Below are positions 7,137-14,588 of a DNA stretch of 32,000 bases, piece by piece. The notes under the pieces were generated by a model. It searched no databases, was not told the origin of the DNA, and saw only the letters and a program-made list of their open reading frames with translations. Source of the DNA: Faecousia sp. (GTDB taxonomy: Bacteria; Bacillota; Clostridia; Oscillospirales; Oscillospiraceae); the NCBI GenBank assembly GCA_045580365.1, contig JAZNNP010000010.1:14384-46383 (forward strand), read 5' to 3'. Numbering within the stretch: position 1 is the stretch's first letter; every line of letters starts with the position of its first letter. The position numbers and the translations under genes are program-made.

Positions 7137-8345
7137 TCATTCGCCTTGTTTTGCCTTGGGGCGGCGGTGGCGGCGGTGATGGTAATTGGGCTTCTTGGGT
7201 TTGTCGCCGGCGGGGGCGTCGGCCTTGGGGGCAGGATCGACCTTTTGGACAGGCGCAGTATCGGCCGTGGGGGCAGGCTGCGTGTTGCCGCCTTTGCCCC
7301 GGCGGTTTCTGCGGCGGGACTTCTTGGGGGAATCCTCGGCCGGAGTCTCCTCCATGGGTTCTGCCGGCTCTTCCACCACTTCTTCCTCCCGATAGCGGAA
7401 GCGGATGGGCTCCAGCTTGGGCATGGGCTCGTCCGCCACCACCTTCCGGATCTTCTTGCCGCCGCCGGAAATGGGGGCAAGATCTGGGGGGATGGGCGGA
7501 TCGTTCTTTTTGGCCTTGCCGCTGCGGAGGATGGCGATATCCTCGTTGCGATAGACACCGATGGTCTCGGGGCTGTCCTCCATGCGGACCTTCACCCGGC
7601 TGCGCAGCAGGTCCACTTCCACCACTGTGCCACGGCCGTCGGGGGTATCCACGAAGGATTCCGCCTTGGGGGCGTGGCGCAGCAGGTCTTCGTAAGCCTC
7701 CTGCTCGTATTTCAGGCAGCACATCAGGCGGCCGCAGGTGCCGGAAATTTTGGTGGGATTCAGACTCAGATTCTGGGTCTTGGCCATCTTGATGGACACG
7801 GGCTGGAAATCATCCAGGAAGGTGGCGCAGCAGAAGGGCCGGCCGCAGATGCCCAGGCCGCCTACCATTTTGGCCTTGTCCCGGACGCCGATCTGCCGCA
7901 GTTCGATACGGGTGTGGAACACGGAGGCCAGGTTCTTCACCAGTTCCCGGAAGTCCACCCGCTCGTCGGCGGTGAAGAAGAACAGGACCTTGCTGCCGTC
8001 AAAGGCGCACTCGGCGGACACCAGCTGCATATCCAGGCCGTGCTCGGCGATCTTCTGCAGGCAGACATCGAAAGCCTTCTGCTCCTTGGCCCGGTTTTCG
8101 GCGATGACCTTCTCGTCCTGGGCGTTGGCCAGGCGCAGGACACAGCGCAGCGGCGTGACCACATCCTTTTCCGGGATCTTGTGATTGCCGCCGGTGCAGA
8201 TGCCGAATTCTGCGCCCCGGGCGGTGTCGATGATCACATGATCGCCCTGCTTCAGCTTCAGACCGTTGGGGTCGAAAAAGTAGATCTTCTGGCCGGGGCG
8301 GAACTGGATGTCCACCACTTCGACCATGGTTTTGATTTCTTCCAT
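7137..8345 (-). CDS. ricT: RicT/YaaT (PSP1 domain, stage 0 sporulation/RNase Y regulatory complex subunit) with a long basic C-terminal tail
   Basis: Strong YaaT-like blocks: VVDIQFRPGQKIYFFDP, FHTRIELRQIGVRDKAK, GLGICGRPFCCATFL, GTCGRLMCCLKYE. It shows the conserved holB-yaaT synteny. The last roughly 125 aa are P/K/A/R/E low-complexity sequence. Confidence 0.9.
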   Translation of the reverse strand: MEEIKTMVEVVDIQFRPGQKIYFFDPNGLKLKQGDHVIIDTARGAEFGICTGGNHKIPEKDVVTPLRCVLRLANAQDEKVIAENRAKEQKAFDVCLQKIAEHGLDMQLVSAECAFDGSKVLFFFTADERVDFRELVKNLASVFHTRIELRQIGVRDKAKMVGGLGICGRPFCCATFLDDFQPVSIKMAKTQNLSLNPTKISGTCGRLMCCLKYEQEAYEDLLRHAPKAESFVDTPDGRGTVVEVDLLRSRVKVRMEDSPETIGVYRNEDIAILRSGKAKKNDPPIPPDLAPISGGGKKIRKVVADEPMPKLEPIRFRYREEEVVEEPAEPMEETPAEDSPKKSRRRNRRGKGGNTQPAPTADTAPVQKVDPAPKADAPAGDKPKKPNYHHRRHRRPKAKQGE

Positions 8346-8367
8346 TATGGTTACTCCTTCAGAGATA

Positions 8368-9315
8368 TTAGCGTAATTCCCAGGTGAGCCAGCCGCAGAT
8401 GGCGCCGCAGGAGATATTGCCCTGGGCGTAGGCCACGGCCTTTTTCAGGGCAGTGATGGCGTTCATCAGATCCCGGGGGCTGCGCTGGGTCCCCAGATCC
8501 CGGGCGGCGGCGCTGACGGCGCTGATGCCGCTGCGGTAGGACAGGCCGCCTTCCAGCAGGGTGATCCAGCTTTCCAGCTCAGCGATCAACGGATCCCGTT
8601 TCCATTTTTCCATGCTGACCAGGGTTCGGGTCAAGCCCAAACTGTCCCGGGCGCCAAAGGCGGCCACAAAGTCCGCCGTCTGGGGCGACAGGGCATTGCC
8701 GCCTTCCAAAAGGGCTTTGGCCTGGCCCAAAAATCCGCCGCTGCGGATCATGGCGCCCCGGATGTCTTCGTCGGTTGTTTCGGGGAAGTCCTTCAGCAAG
8801 GCGGCGCGGAGGACACTGTCCTGCAAGGGCCGCAGGGACAGCTCCGTGCAGCGGGAGCGGACCGTGGGCAGCAATTTTTCGGGATTGTCGGTGAGGAGGA
8901 TGAACACGCCGTATTTGGGCGGTTCCTCCAGGATCTTCAGCAGGGCGTTTTGGCCTTCAATGCCCAGTTCCTGGGGCAGGAAATAGATCTTATGATCTGA
9001 TTCATTGGGCCGAATGAACACATCGTCCCGCATTTCACGGATCAATTTCACGGCCACATTTTTGTGTTCCGGGTCCTCCACGGTGATCAGATCCGGGTGG
9101 CCGTCGGAAAGGACTTTGCGGCAAGGGCCGCAGAGCAGGCAGGGACTATTTTTCTCCCGGCAGAGGATGGCGGCAGCCAGCAGCCGGGCCAGGGTATGGC
9201 GGCCGGAGCCGGCAGGGCCGGAAATGAGGTAAAAGTGGGAAATATGGCCGCTCTGGATGCTGCGGCGCAGATTTTCTTTCAGCTGTTCGTTGCCTAAAAG
9301 CTGTTCAAAGCCCAT
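8368..9315 (-). CDS. holB: DNA polymerase III subunit delta-prime
   Basis: Start at MGFEQLLGNE (ATG 9315) with ggaggtgg 5 nt upstream. Visible motifs are the AAA+ P-loop-like ISGPAGSGRHTLA, the zinc module CLLCGPCRKV, and the SRC-type box TVRSRC. Confidence 0.85.
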   Translation of the reverse strand: MGFEQLLGNEQLKENLRRSIQSGHISHFYLISGPAGSGRHTLARLLAAAILCREKNSPCLLCGPCRKVLSDGHPDLITVEDPEHKNVAVKLIREMRDDVFIRPNESDHKIYFLPQELGIEGQNALLKILEEPPKYGVFILLTDNPEKLLPTVRSRCTELSLRPLQDSVLRAALLKDFPETTDEDIRGAMIRSGGFLGQAKALLEGGNALSPQTADFVAAFGARDSLGLTRTLVSMEKWKRDPLIAELESWITLLEGGLSYRSGISAVSAAARDLGTQRSPRDLMNAITALKKAVAYAQGNISCGAICGWLTWELR

Positions 9316-9369
9316 ATTTCCACCTCCAAAAGTATAGTATAACACACATCTGCGTGTTTGTCACATTTT

Positions 9370-10371
9370 TTATTCCTGCAGGGTGATCTCCCCGGCCAGG
9401 GAGGTGTGGAACAGTTCCCGGATCTGGGCGGTATCCATACCCTGGCCCAACGCCCACATGAGTTTGGTCATGGCGGCTTCCGAGGTCATATCCCGACCCT
9501 GGAGGACACCCAGCTGCAGCAGTTTGTTGCCCACCTGGTAGACCTGCAGATTGGCGCTGTCGTACAGGCACTGGGTGGTGACCACCACGGTGATGCCCTG
9601 GTCCACGCAGCGGCGGATGGCCTGCAGGGCGTGGCTGAGGACATCGATGCCGCCCAGGCCGAAGGCCTCGATGACGATGCCCCGGTAGCCCATAGAGCGG
9701 AGCATATCGAAAATGGCGGGGTCCAGGCCGGGGGTCAGCTTCAGCAAAAATACATCCCGGCTGATGCCGGTCAGCAGGCGGGGCTCGCCGCTGGGTTTGG
9801 GCAGCATGGATTCATGGAGCACCAGGCCCTGGTTGCTGACTTTGCCCACATACCGGGCGTTGACGCTTTCAAAAGCGGAGAAACCGGAGGCACGGACCTT
9901 TACGGCCCGGCAGCCCCGGATGATCTTCCGGTCAAAGGCCAGGAAAATGCCGGGCTTGCCGGAGGCAGCCATGGCAAAGGCGGTACGCAGATTATCCGGG
10001 CCGTCGGAGAGGATGTCCGCCAGGGGCAGCTGGGAACCGGTGAATACCACCGGCCGGTCGATGCCCGGCAGCATGAATGTGACGGCGGAGGCGGAATAGG
10101 CCATGGTATCGGTGCCGTGGGACACCACGATGCCGTCGTAACCGGTGCGGTTTTCAAAAATACTGGTGGCGATGGTCTGCCACTGCTCCGGCTGGATATT
10201 GGAGGAATCCAGGCACATCACGTCCCGGACGGTGATCTCATAGTAGGTTCGCAGCTGGTTCAGCTCCCGCTCCATCACGTCGGAGCGGTGGGGCTCCAGC
10301 CCCTCGCCGCCGGGCATGGAGGCGATGGTGCCGCCGGTGGTCAGCAGCAGGATGTGTTTTTTATGTTCCAT
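9370..10371 (-). CDS. ansA: Type I L-asparaginase
   Basis: Start at MEHKKHILLL (ATG 10371) with gaggaggag upstream. Signatures are LLTTGGTIAS and VVSHGTDTMAYSA. The listed 654-aa ORF (to 11334) continues upstream only as an antisense read-through of galE. Confidence 0.85.
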   Translation of the reverse strand: MEHKKHILLLTTGGTIASMPGGEGLEPHRSDVMERELNQLRTYYEITVRDVMCLDSSNIQPEQWQTIATSIFENRTGYDGIVVSHGTDTMAYSASAVTFMLPGIDRPVVFTGSQLPLADILSDGPDNLRTAFAMAASGKPGIFLAFDRKIIRGCRAVKVRASGFSAFESVNARYVGKVSNQGLVLHESMLPKPSGEPRLLTGISRDVFLLKLTPGLDPAIFDMLRSMGYRGIVIEAFGLGGIDVLSHALQAIRRCVDQGITVVVTTQCLYDSANLQVYQVGNKLLQLGVLQGRDMTSEAAMTKLMWALGQGMDTAQIRELFHTSLAGEITLQE

Positions 10372-10417
10372 GGAGGCTCCTCCTCGGCGGTTGCTGCCGC
10401 AAATTTTCTCACATAAC

Positions 10418-10446
10418 ATTATAACGAATAATGGGGAAAATAGCAA
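10418..10446 (-). promoter_or_regulatory. Sigma-A type promoter for ansA
   Basis: Minus strand TTGCTA (10446..10441), 17-nt spacer, TATAAT (10423..10418). Confidence 0.45.
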
Positions 10447-10448
10447 GC

Positions 10449-10477
10449 TTGCATTTTTGCATGGCAGGGTGTATAAT
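10449..10477 (+). promoter_or_regulatory. Sigma-A type promoter for galE
   Basis: TTGCAT (10449..10454), 17-nt spacer, TATAAT (10472..10477). The -35 lies in the palindrome tagcaagcttgca shared with the ansA promoter. Confidence 0.5.
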
Positions 10478-10512
10478 AAAGACTCAAAAACGAATTTGAA
10501 GGAGACAGGGAT

Positions 10513-11529
10513 ATGAAGGTACTGGTCACCGGCGGAGCGGGCTATATCGGCTCCCATACCTGCCTGGAACTGCTGGAAAGCGGTCACCAGGTGGTGGTTA
10601 TCGACAATCTGTGCAATTCCAACCCGGAAAGCTTGAACCGGGTGCAGGAACTGACGGGCAAGAGCCTGGAATTCTATGAAGGCGATGTGCGGGATGAAGG
10701 TCTGCTGCGGAAGATCTTTGCAGAGCATGCGGTAGATTGCGTCATCCATTTTGCCGGTCTGAAGGCTGTGGGTGAGTCCGTGGCCATGCCCTGGGAATAC
10801 TATGACAACAACCTCAATTCCACCCTGGTGCTGACCAAGGTGATGAAAGAGATGGGCGTAAAGAAGCTGATCTTCTCCTCTTCGGCCACGGTGTACACTG
10901 CCGACAATGAGATGCCTCTGAAAGAAACCAGCCGCACCGGCAACTGCACCAATCCTTACGGCTGGACCAAGTTTATGACGGAGCAGATCCTGTCCGGCAT
11001 GGCCCATGCGGACAAGGAGTGGAGCATCGTGCTGCTGCGGTACTTTAACCCCATCGGTGCCCATGAATCCGGCCGCATCGGCGAAGATCCCCGGGGTATT
11101 CCCAACAATCTGATGCCCTACATCACCCAGGTGGCGGTGGGCCGCCGGGATCATTTGAGCGTCTTTGGCGACGATTACGATACCCCCGACGGCACCGGCG
11201 TTCGGGACTACATCCATGTGGTGGGTCTGGGCAAGGGCCATGTGGCCTCCGTTTCTTATGCGGTGGCCCACAGGGGCTGCGAGGTGTTCAACCTGGGCAC
11301 CGGCGTGGGTTACAGCGTGCTGGATATGGTCCACACCTTTATCGATGTGAACCGGGTGCCCGTGCCCTACGAGATCGTGGAGCGCCGGCCCGGCGATATT
11401 GCCACCTGCTATGCCGATCCGGCCAAGAGCGCGGAAAACCTGGGCTGGAAAGCGGAAAAATCCCTGGCGGATATGTGCCGGGATTCCTGGAACTGGCAGA
11501 GCAAGAACCCCATGGGTTACGGGGAATAA
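10513..11529 (+). CDS. galE: UDP-glucose 4-epimerase
   Basis: MKVLVTGGAGYIGSH Rossmann motif, YGWTK (YxxxK) catalytic motif, full-length GalE-like layout, and RBS aaggaga. Confidence 0.92.
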   Translation: MKVLVTGGAGYIGSHTCLELLESGHQVVVIDNLCNSNPESLNRVQELTGKSLEFYEGDVRDEGLLRKIFAEHAVDCVIHFAGLKAVGESVAMPWEYYDNNLNSTLVLTKVMKEMGVKKLIFSSSATVYTADNEMPLKETSRTGNCTNPYGWTKFMTEQILSGMAHADKEWSIVLLRYFNPIGAHESGRIGEDPRGIPNNLMPYITQVAVGRRDHLSVFGDDYDTPDGTGVRDYIHVVGLGKGHVASVSYAVAHRGCEVFNLGTGVGYSVLDMVHTFIDVNRVPVPYEIVERRPGDIATCYADPAKSAENLGWKAEKSLADMCRDSWNWQSKNPMGYGE

Positions 11530-11540
11530 GGAATTTTTTT

Positions 11541-11575
11541 CGGCAGAAGGGTACGCCCTTCTGCCGATTTTTTGT
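11541..11575. terminator. Bidirectional-looking intrinsic terminator after galE
   Basis: cggcagaaggg-tac-gcccttctgccg flanked by ttttttt (5') and attttttg (3'). Confidence 0.8.
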
Positions 11576-11604
11576 GCAGGGGGGGAAGGCTTCCCGGGCG
11601 GCTC

Positions 11605-11633
11605 TTGAAAAATGGACCGCTGTGTGGTATTTT
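11605..11633 (+). promoter_or_regulatory. Candidate promoter of the gtrA-RyR(-TIR) unit
   Basis: TTGAAA (11605..11610), 17-nt spacer, TGgTATTTT extended -10 (11625..11633). Confidence 0.4.
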
Positions 11634-11668
11634 TATGGTAGATTCCGGAAATAACAGGAGGTTATACG

Positions 11669-12082
11669 ATGAGCGAGAAGAAAAAGGAATTTCTGCGGAC
11701 GGTGAAATTTGTGCTGTTTTCCATCAGCGCCGGTGTGATCCAGGTGGTCAGTTTCACGCTGTTTGAGGAAGTGCTGGGTCTGGTTCACTGGCTGGGCTAT
11801 ATGCTGTCGCTGGTGCTGTCCGTGCTGTGGAATTTTACGCTGAACCGGAAGTTTACCTTCTGCTCTGCGGGAAATGTGCCCCTGGCCATGGCCCAGGTGG
11901 CGGGCTTCTATGTGGTGTTTACGCCCCTGTCCACCTGGTGGACGGCGGTACTGACCGGGGAAAGCGTGGGTTGGAATGAGTATTTGGTGCTGGTGCTGAC
12001 CATGGTGGTGAATTTCGCCACTGAGTATCTGTTCCAGCGGTTTGTGGTGTTCCGCAAGAGTCTGGACACCGCCAAGAAGTAA
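11669..12082 (+). CDS. GtrA-family small polytopic membrane protein
   Basis: 137 aa with four hydrophobic segments. GtrA-like motifs are WNFTLNRKFTF and NFATEYLFQRFVVFRK. RBS is acaggagg. Confidence 0.8.
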   Translation: MSEKKKEFLRTVKFVLFSISAGVIQVVSFTLFEEVLGLVHWLGYMLSLVLSVLWNFTLNRKFTFCSAGNVPLAMAQVAGFYVVFTPLSTWWTAVLTGESVGWNEYLVLVLTMVVNFATEYLFQRFVVFRKSLDTAKK

Positions 12083-12089
12083 AGGGGCG

Positions 12090-12383
12090 ATGGAAATGTA
12101 TGAACCGAAGCCGGTGGATACCACCGATGTGCAGCTGCCGGAAAGCCTGCAGCCGCTGACGGAATGCATTGCTAAAAATGTCCACGAAGTCTGGGCCGCG
12201 GCCCGGATCGCCGAAGGTTGGACCCTGGGGGCGGAGCGCAACACGGAGAAAAAGACCACCCCCTGCCTGGTGCCCTATGAGGACCTGCCGGAGATCGAAA
12301 AGGAGTATGACCGGAACACGGCGATGCAGACCCTGAAGCTCATCGTGAAGCTGGGGTATCGGATTTTGCCGCCGGAAGAATAA
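12090..12383 (+). CDS. Stand-alone RyR (ryanodine-receptor repeat) domain protein
   Basis: AKNVHEVWAAARIAEGWTLGAERNTEKKTTPCLVPYEDLPEIEKEYDRNTAMQTLKLIVKLGYRI matches the RyR domain pattern (HE.W...GW..G......hP.LVPY.EL...EK..DR). The start is ATG 12090 or ATG 12096, 7-13 nt after the gtrA stop. Confidence 0.75.
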   Translation: MEMYEPKPVDTTDVQLPESLQPLTECIAKNVHEVWAAARIAEGWTLGAERNTEKKTTPCLVPYEDLPEIEKEYDRNTAMQTLKLIVKLGYRILPPEE

Positions 12384-12387
12384 ACAG

Positions 12388-12423
12388 AGCCCCGGTATGC
12401 GAAAACCGGGGCTGTTTGCTGTT
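12388..12423 (+). terminator. Weak terminator/attenuator hairpin between the RyR and TIR genes
   Basis: agccccgg-tatgcgaaaa-ccggggct followed by gtttgctgtt. The loop is long and the U-tract interrupted, so read-through is plausible. Confidence 0.4.
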
Positions 12424-12447
12424 ATACATGGTACAGGAGGCGAGAAT

Positions 12448-14520
12448 ATGAATTCGAAAATGCGTTTTTACCCGGAAGGCGTGGTGCTGCGAAAGCAGCC
12501 GCTGATCTTCTTTGCCTGCCATGAAGGGGAATTTGCGGATTGCTTTGAGGCTGTGACCCAGGATCTGTTTGTTCCTGAAATCCGGGCACAAAGCGACTTT
12601 GTTTTGTGTTATTACCGCCCGGAGGAAGCGCCGGCGGAGGACCCGGAATACTGGGACGACTTAAGCCGGATGAAACTGATGGTGTTGGCGGTCACCGCAG
12701 AATTGCTGGACGGAAAGGATCACCGGGCGCTGCGGGTCTTGCGTTTTGCCCAGGAACGGGGCATCCCGGTGCTGCCGGTTCTGATGAAGGAAGAGCTGGA
12801 AAATCGGTTTGATGATGTCTGCGGCAAGCTCCACGCATTGAACCGGACGGCAGATCAATATGGGGAGAAACTGCGCAGATTTCTGGAAATGGTGCTGGTC
12901 AGCAGCGAGCTGGCGGAGCGGATCCGGAAGGAATTTGATGCCAGGATCTTCCTGAGCTACCGCAAAATGGACCGCAGGCAGGCGTTGGATCTGATGAAAT
13001 TGATCCACCAGCGGCCGGCCTGCCGGGATGTGGCCATCTGGTATGATGACTATCTGACCCCCGGTGAGAATTTTGATGAAAATATCCTGACCATGATCCG
13101 CGGCAGTGACCTGTTCGTGCTGACGGTAACCCCTTCCGTTTTGAAGCCCCGGCTGGACGAAAACGGCAAGGAAGTTGATAATTATGTGCAGGTGATCGAG
13201 TATCCCGAGGCACAAAAGTGCGGCAAGGTGCTGCCGGCGGTGATGGAGCCGACAGACAAGGAAAAGCTGAAAGAGAAATTCCCCGGCGTGGAGGATCGCT
13301 GCGTGGATGCCCATAACGAGGAAGAACTGACCGAGGCCCTCCATCAGAAACTGCCCAAGGTGGTGGCCCGGCTGAATGATCCTGATAATGACCAAGATCC
13401 TGACCATCTGTATCTCATCGGTCTGGCCTATCTGAACGGCGTGGATGTGGAAGTGGATGGCGACCGGGCGGCGGAGCTGCTGACGGCGGCATCCCAGGGC
13501 GGCTGTATCGCGGCTACGGAGAAACTGGCGCAGATGTATCGCATTGGATATGGCGTAAAGCAGGACAAGGATCAGGCGTTGGCTTGGGCGGAACGGTTGA
13601 TCACCCAACTGAAGCAGCAATACAAGGCTCAACGGGATGAGGAAAACCTGAATCTGCTGGTTCTGGCCATTGTGGAATGCGGTGATGCGTACAGATCGTG
13701 GAACAATTATGCCAGAGCCAAAATGAAATACAGCCAAGCTATGGATTGCCTGGAACGCGCGGGTCTGTGCAAGAGCAACGACCGCGCCCGGCACAATCTG
13801 GCACTTTGCTATGAGCGGATGGGTTACCTGTGTACATTGAACGGTCAGCAAGCAGAGGCGTACGTTTATAACAATAAAGCGATGGAATTGTCTTTGCAGG
13901 CGGCACTGGTGAAACCGGGGCTGAACAGCACTTATGATCTTGCAACCAGTTTGATGAACGCCGGCGATTCCTGTATGGCGGGAAATCAATATGATGAGGC
14001 GCTTGAGAAATATCAGAGAAGCCTTGATTTGTATGAGTGCCTGGTAGAAGAAATTGGGATGGAAGAAGCGGAGGTGGCGGCTTCCTCCTGCTTGGGAAGA
14101 ATCGGGAATGTGTATAAGGAACGCGGCAACCTGGATGAAGCCCGGCGGTACTACAAAATGTATATGGAGAAGGCGGAGCAGTTGAATGCAAAAGCCAGTT
14201 CTCATCAGATCCGTCACAATCTTGCGGTCAGCTACTTCAGAATGGCTTCCGTTGCAGGGACACCGACGGACAGAAGACATTATTATGAAAAATCTATGGT
14301 CGTTGCCGAGGCATTGGCGGAAGAAACGGGCGTTGCCGAACATATGGAGAGCTGGGGCATCAGCTGCATGATGTTGGGGCAGTTTGATTCCCGGCGGAGA
14401 AAAGTGTTGCTGACGCAAGCGAAAAAGGTCTTTATGCGCCTGGCGCAACGGCAGCCTGCGAATCCTCGCTGGCAGCAGTATTTACGGCTTGCAGACCAGC
14501 TTCTGCAGCAAAAGGTATAG
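12448..14520 (+). CDS. Multi-domain protein: degenerate TIR-like domain + canonical TIR domain + Sel1-like repeats + TPR-like solenoid
   Basis: Start at MNSKMRFYPEG (ATG 12448) with acaggagg upstream. The TIR-2 pattern spans aa 165-268 (ARIFLSYRKMD...VAIWYDDYLTPGENFDENILTMIRGSDLFVLTVTPSVL...NYVQVIEYPEA...VLPAVME). A weaker, similar layout spans aa 17-115 (PLIFFACHEGEF...MKLMVLAVTAELL...GIPVLPVLM). Sel1 repeats cover aa 318-385 (LIGLAYLNGVDVEVDGDRAAELL...LAQMYRIGYGVKQDKDQALAWAERL). TPR-like helical repeats run to the C-terminus. Confidence 0.7.
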   Translation: MNSKMRFYPEGVVLRKQPLIFFACHEGEFADCFEAVTQDLFVPEIRAQSDFVLCYYRPEEAPAEDPEYWDDLSRMKLMVLAVTAELLDGKDHRALRVLRFAQERGIPVLPVLMKEELENRFDDVCGKLHALNRTADQYGEKLRRFLEMVLVSSELAERIRKEFDARIFLSYRKMDRRQALDLMKLIHQRPACRDVAIWYDDYLTPGENFDENILTMIRGSDLFVLTVTPSVLKPRLDENGKEVDNYVQVIEYPEAQKCGKVLPAVMEPTDKEKLKEKFPGVEDRCVDAHNEEELTEALHQKLPKVVARLNDPDNDQDPDHLYLIGLAYLNGVDVEVDGDRAAELLTAASQGGCIAATEKLAQMYRIGYGVKQDKDQALAWAERLITQLKQQYKAQRDEENLNLLVLAIVECGDAYRSWNNYARAKMKYSQAMDCLERAGLCKSNDRARHNLALCYERMGYLCTLNGQQAEAYVYNNKAMELSLQAALVKPGLNSTYDLATSLMNAGDSCMAGNQYDEALEKYQRSLDLYECLVEEIGMEEAEVAASSCLGRIGNVYKERGNLDEARRYYKMYMEKAEQLNAKASSHQIRHNLAVSYFRMASVAGTPTDRRHYYEKSMVVAEALAEETGVAEHMESWGISCMMLGQFDSRRRKVLLTQAKKVFMRLAQRQPANPRWQQYLRLADQLLQQKV

Positions 14521-14555
14521 TTGCGGATATTGCCTGCAGTATAGAGAGAAACCAA

Positions 14556-14581
14556 GCCCGGCCTGGAGACCCAGGCCGGGC
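14556..14581. terminator. Hairpin between the convergent TIR gene and dagK-like gene
   Basis: gcccggcctgg-agac-ccaggccgggc gives a perfect 11-bp stem but has no clear U-tract on either side. Confidence 0.5.
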
Positions 14582-14588
14582 ATGGTCG

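Noticed and set aside
10372-11334. Upstream two-thirds of the 654-aa minus-strand ORF 9370..11334
   Set aside because: Only 9370..10371 is asparaginase, with a good RBS at MEHKK. The remainder is antisense to galE and crosses the divergent promoter region.
12397-12447. Listed start of the TIR ORF at 12397 (MRKPGLFAVIHGTGGEN...)
   Set aside because: These codons lie within the hairpin/terminator after the RyR gene and lack an RBS. ATG 12448 has acaggagg at the correct spacing.
12661-14448. 595-aa minus-strand ORF opposite the TIR/TPR gene
   Set aside because: The plus-strand frame gives clean TIR, Sel1 and TPR patterns with a proper RBS. The minus-frame product is repetitive (H/Q/F/L/I rich) with no motif.
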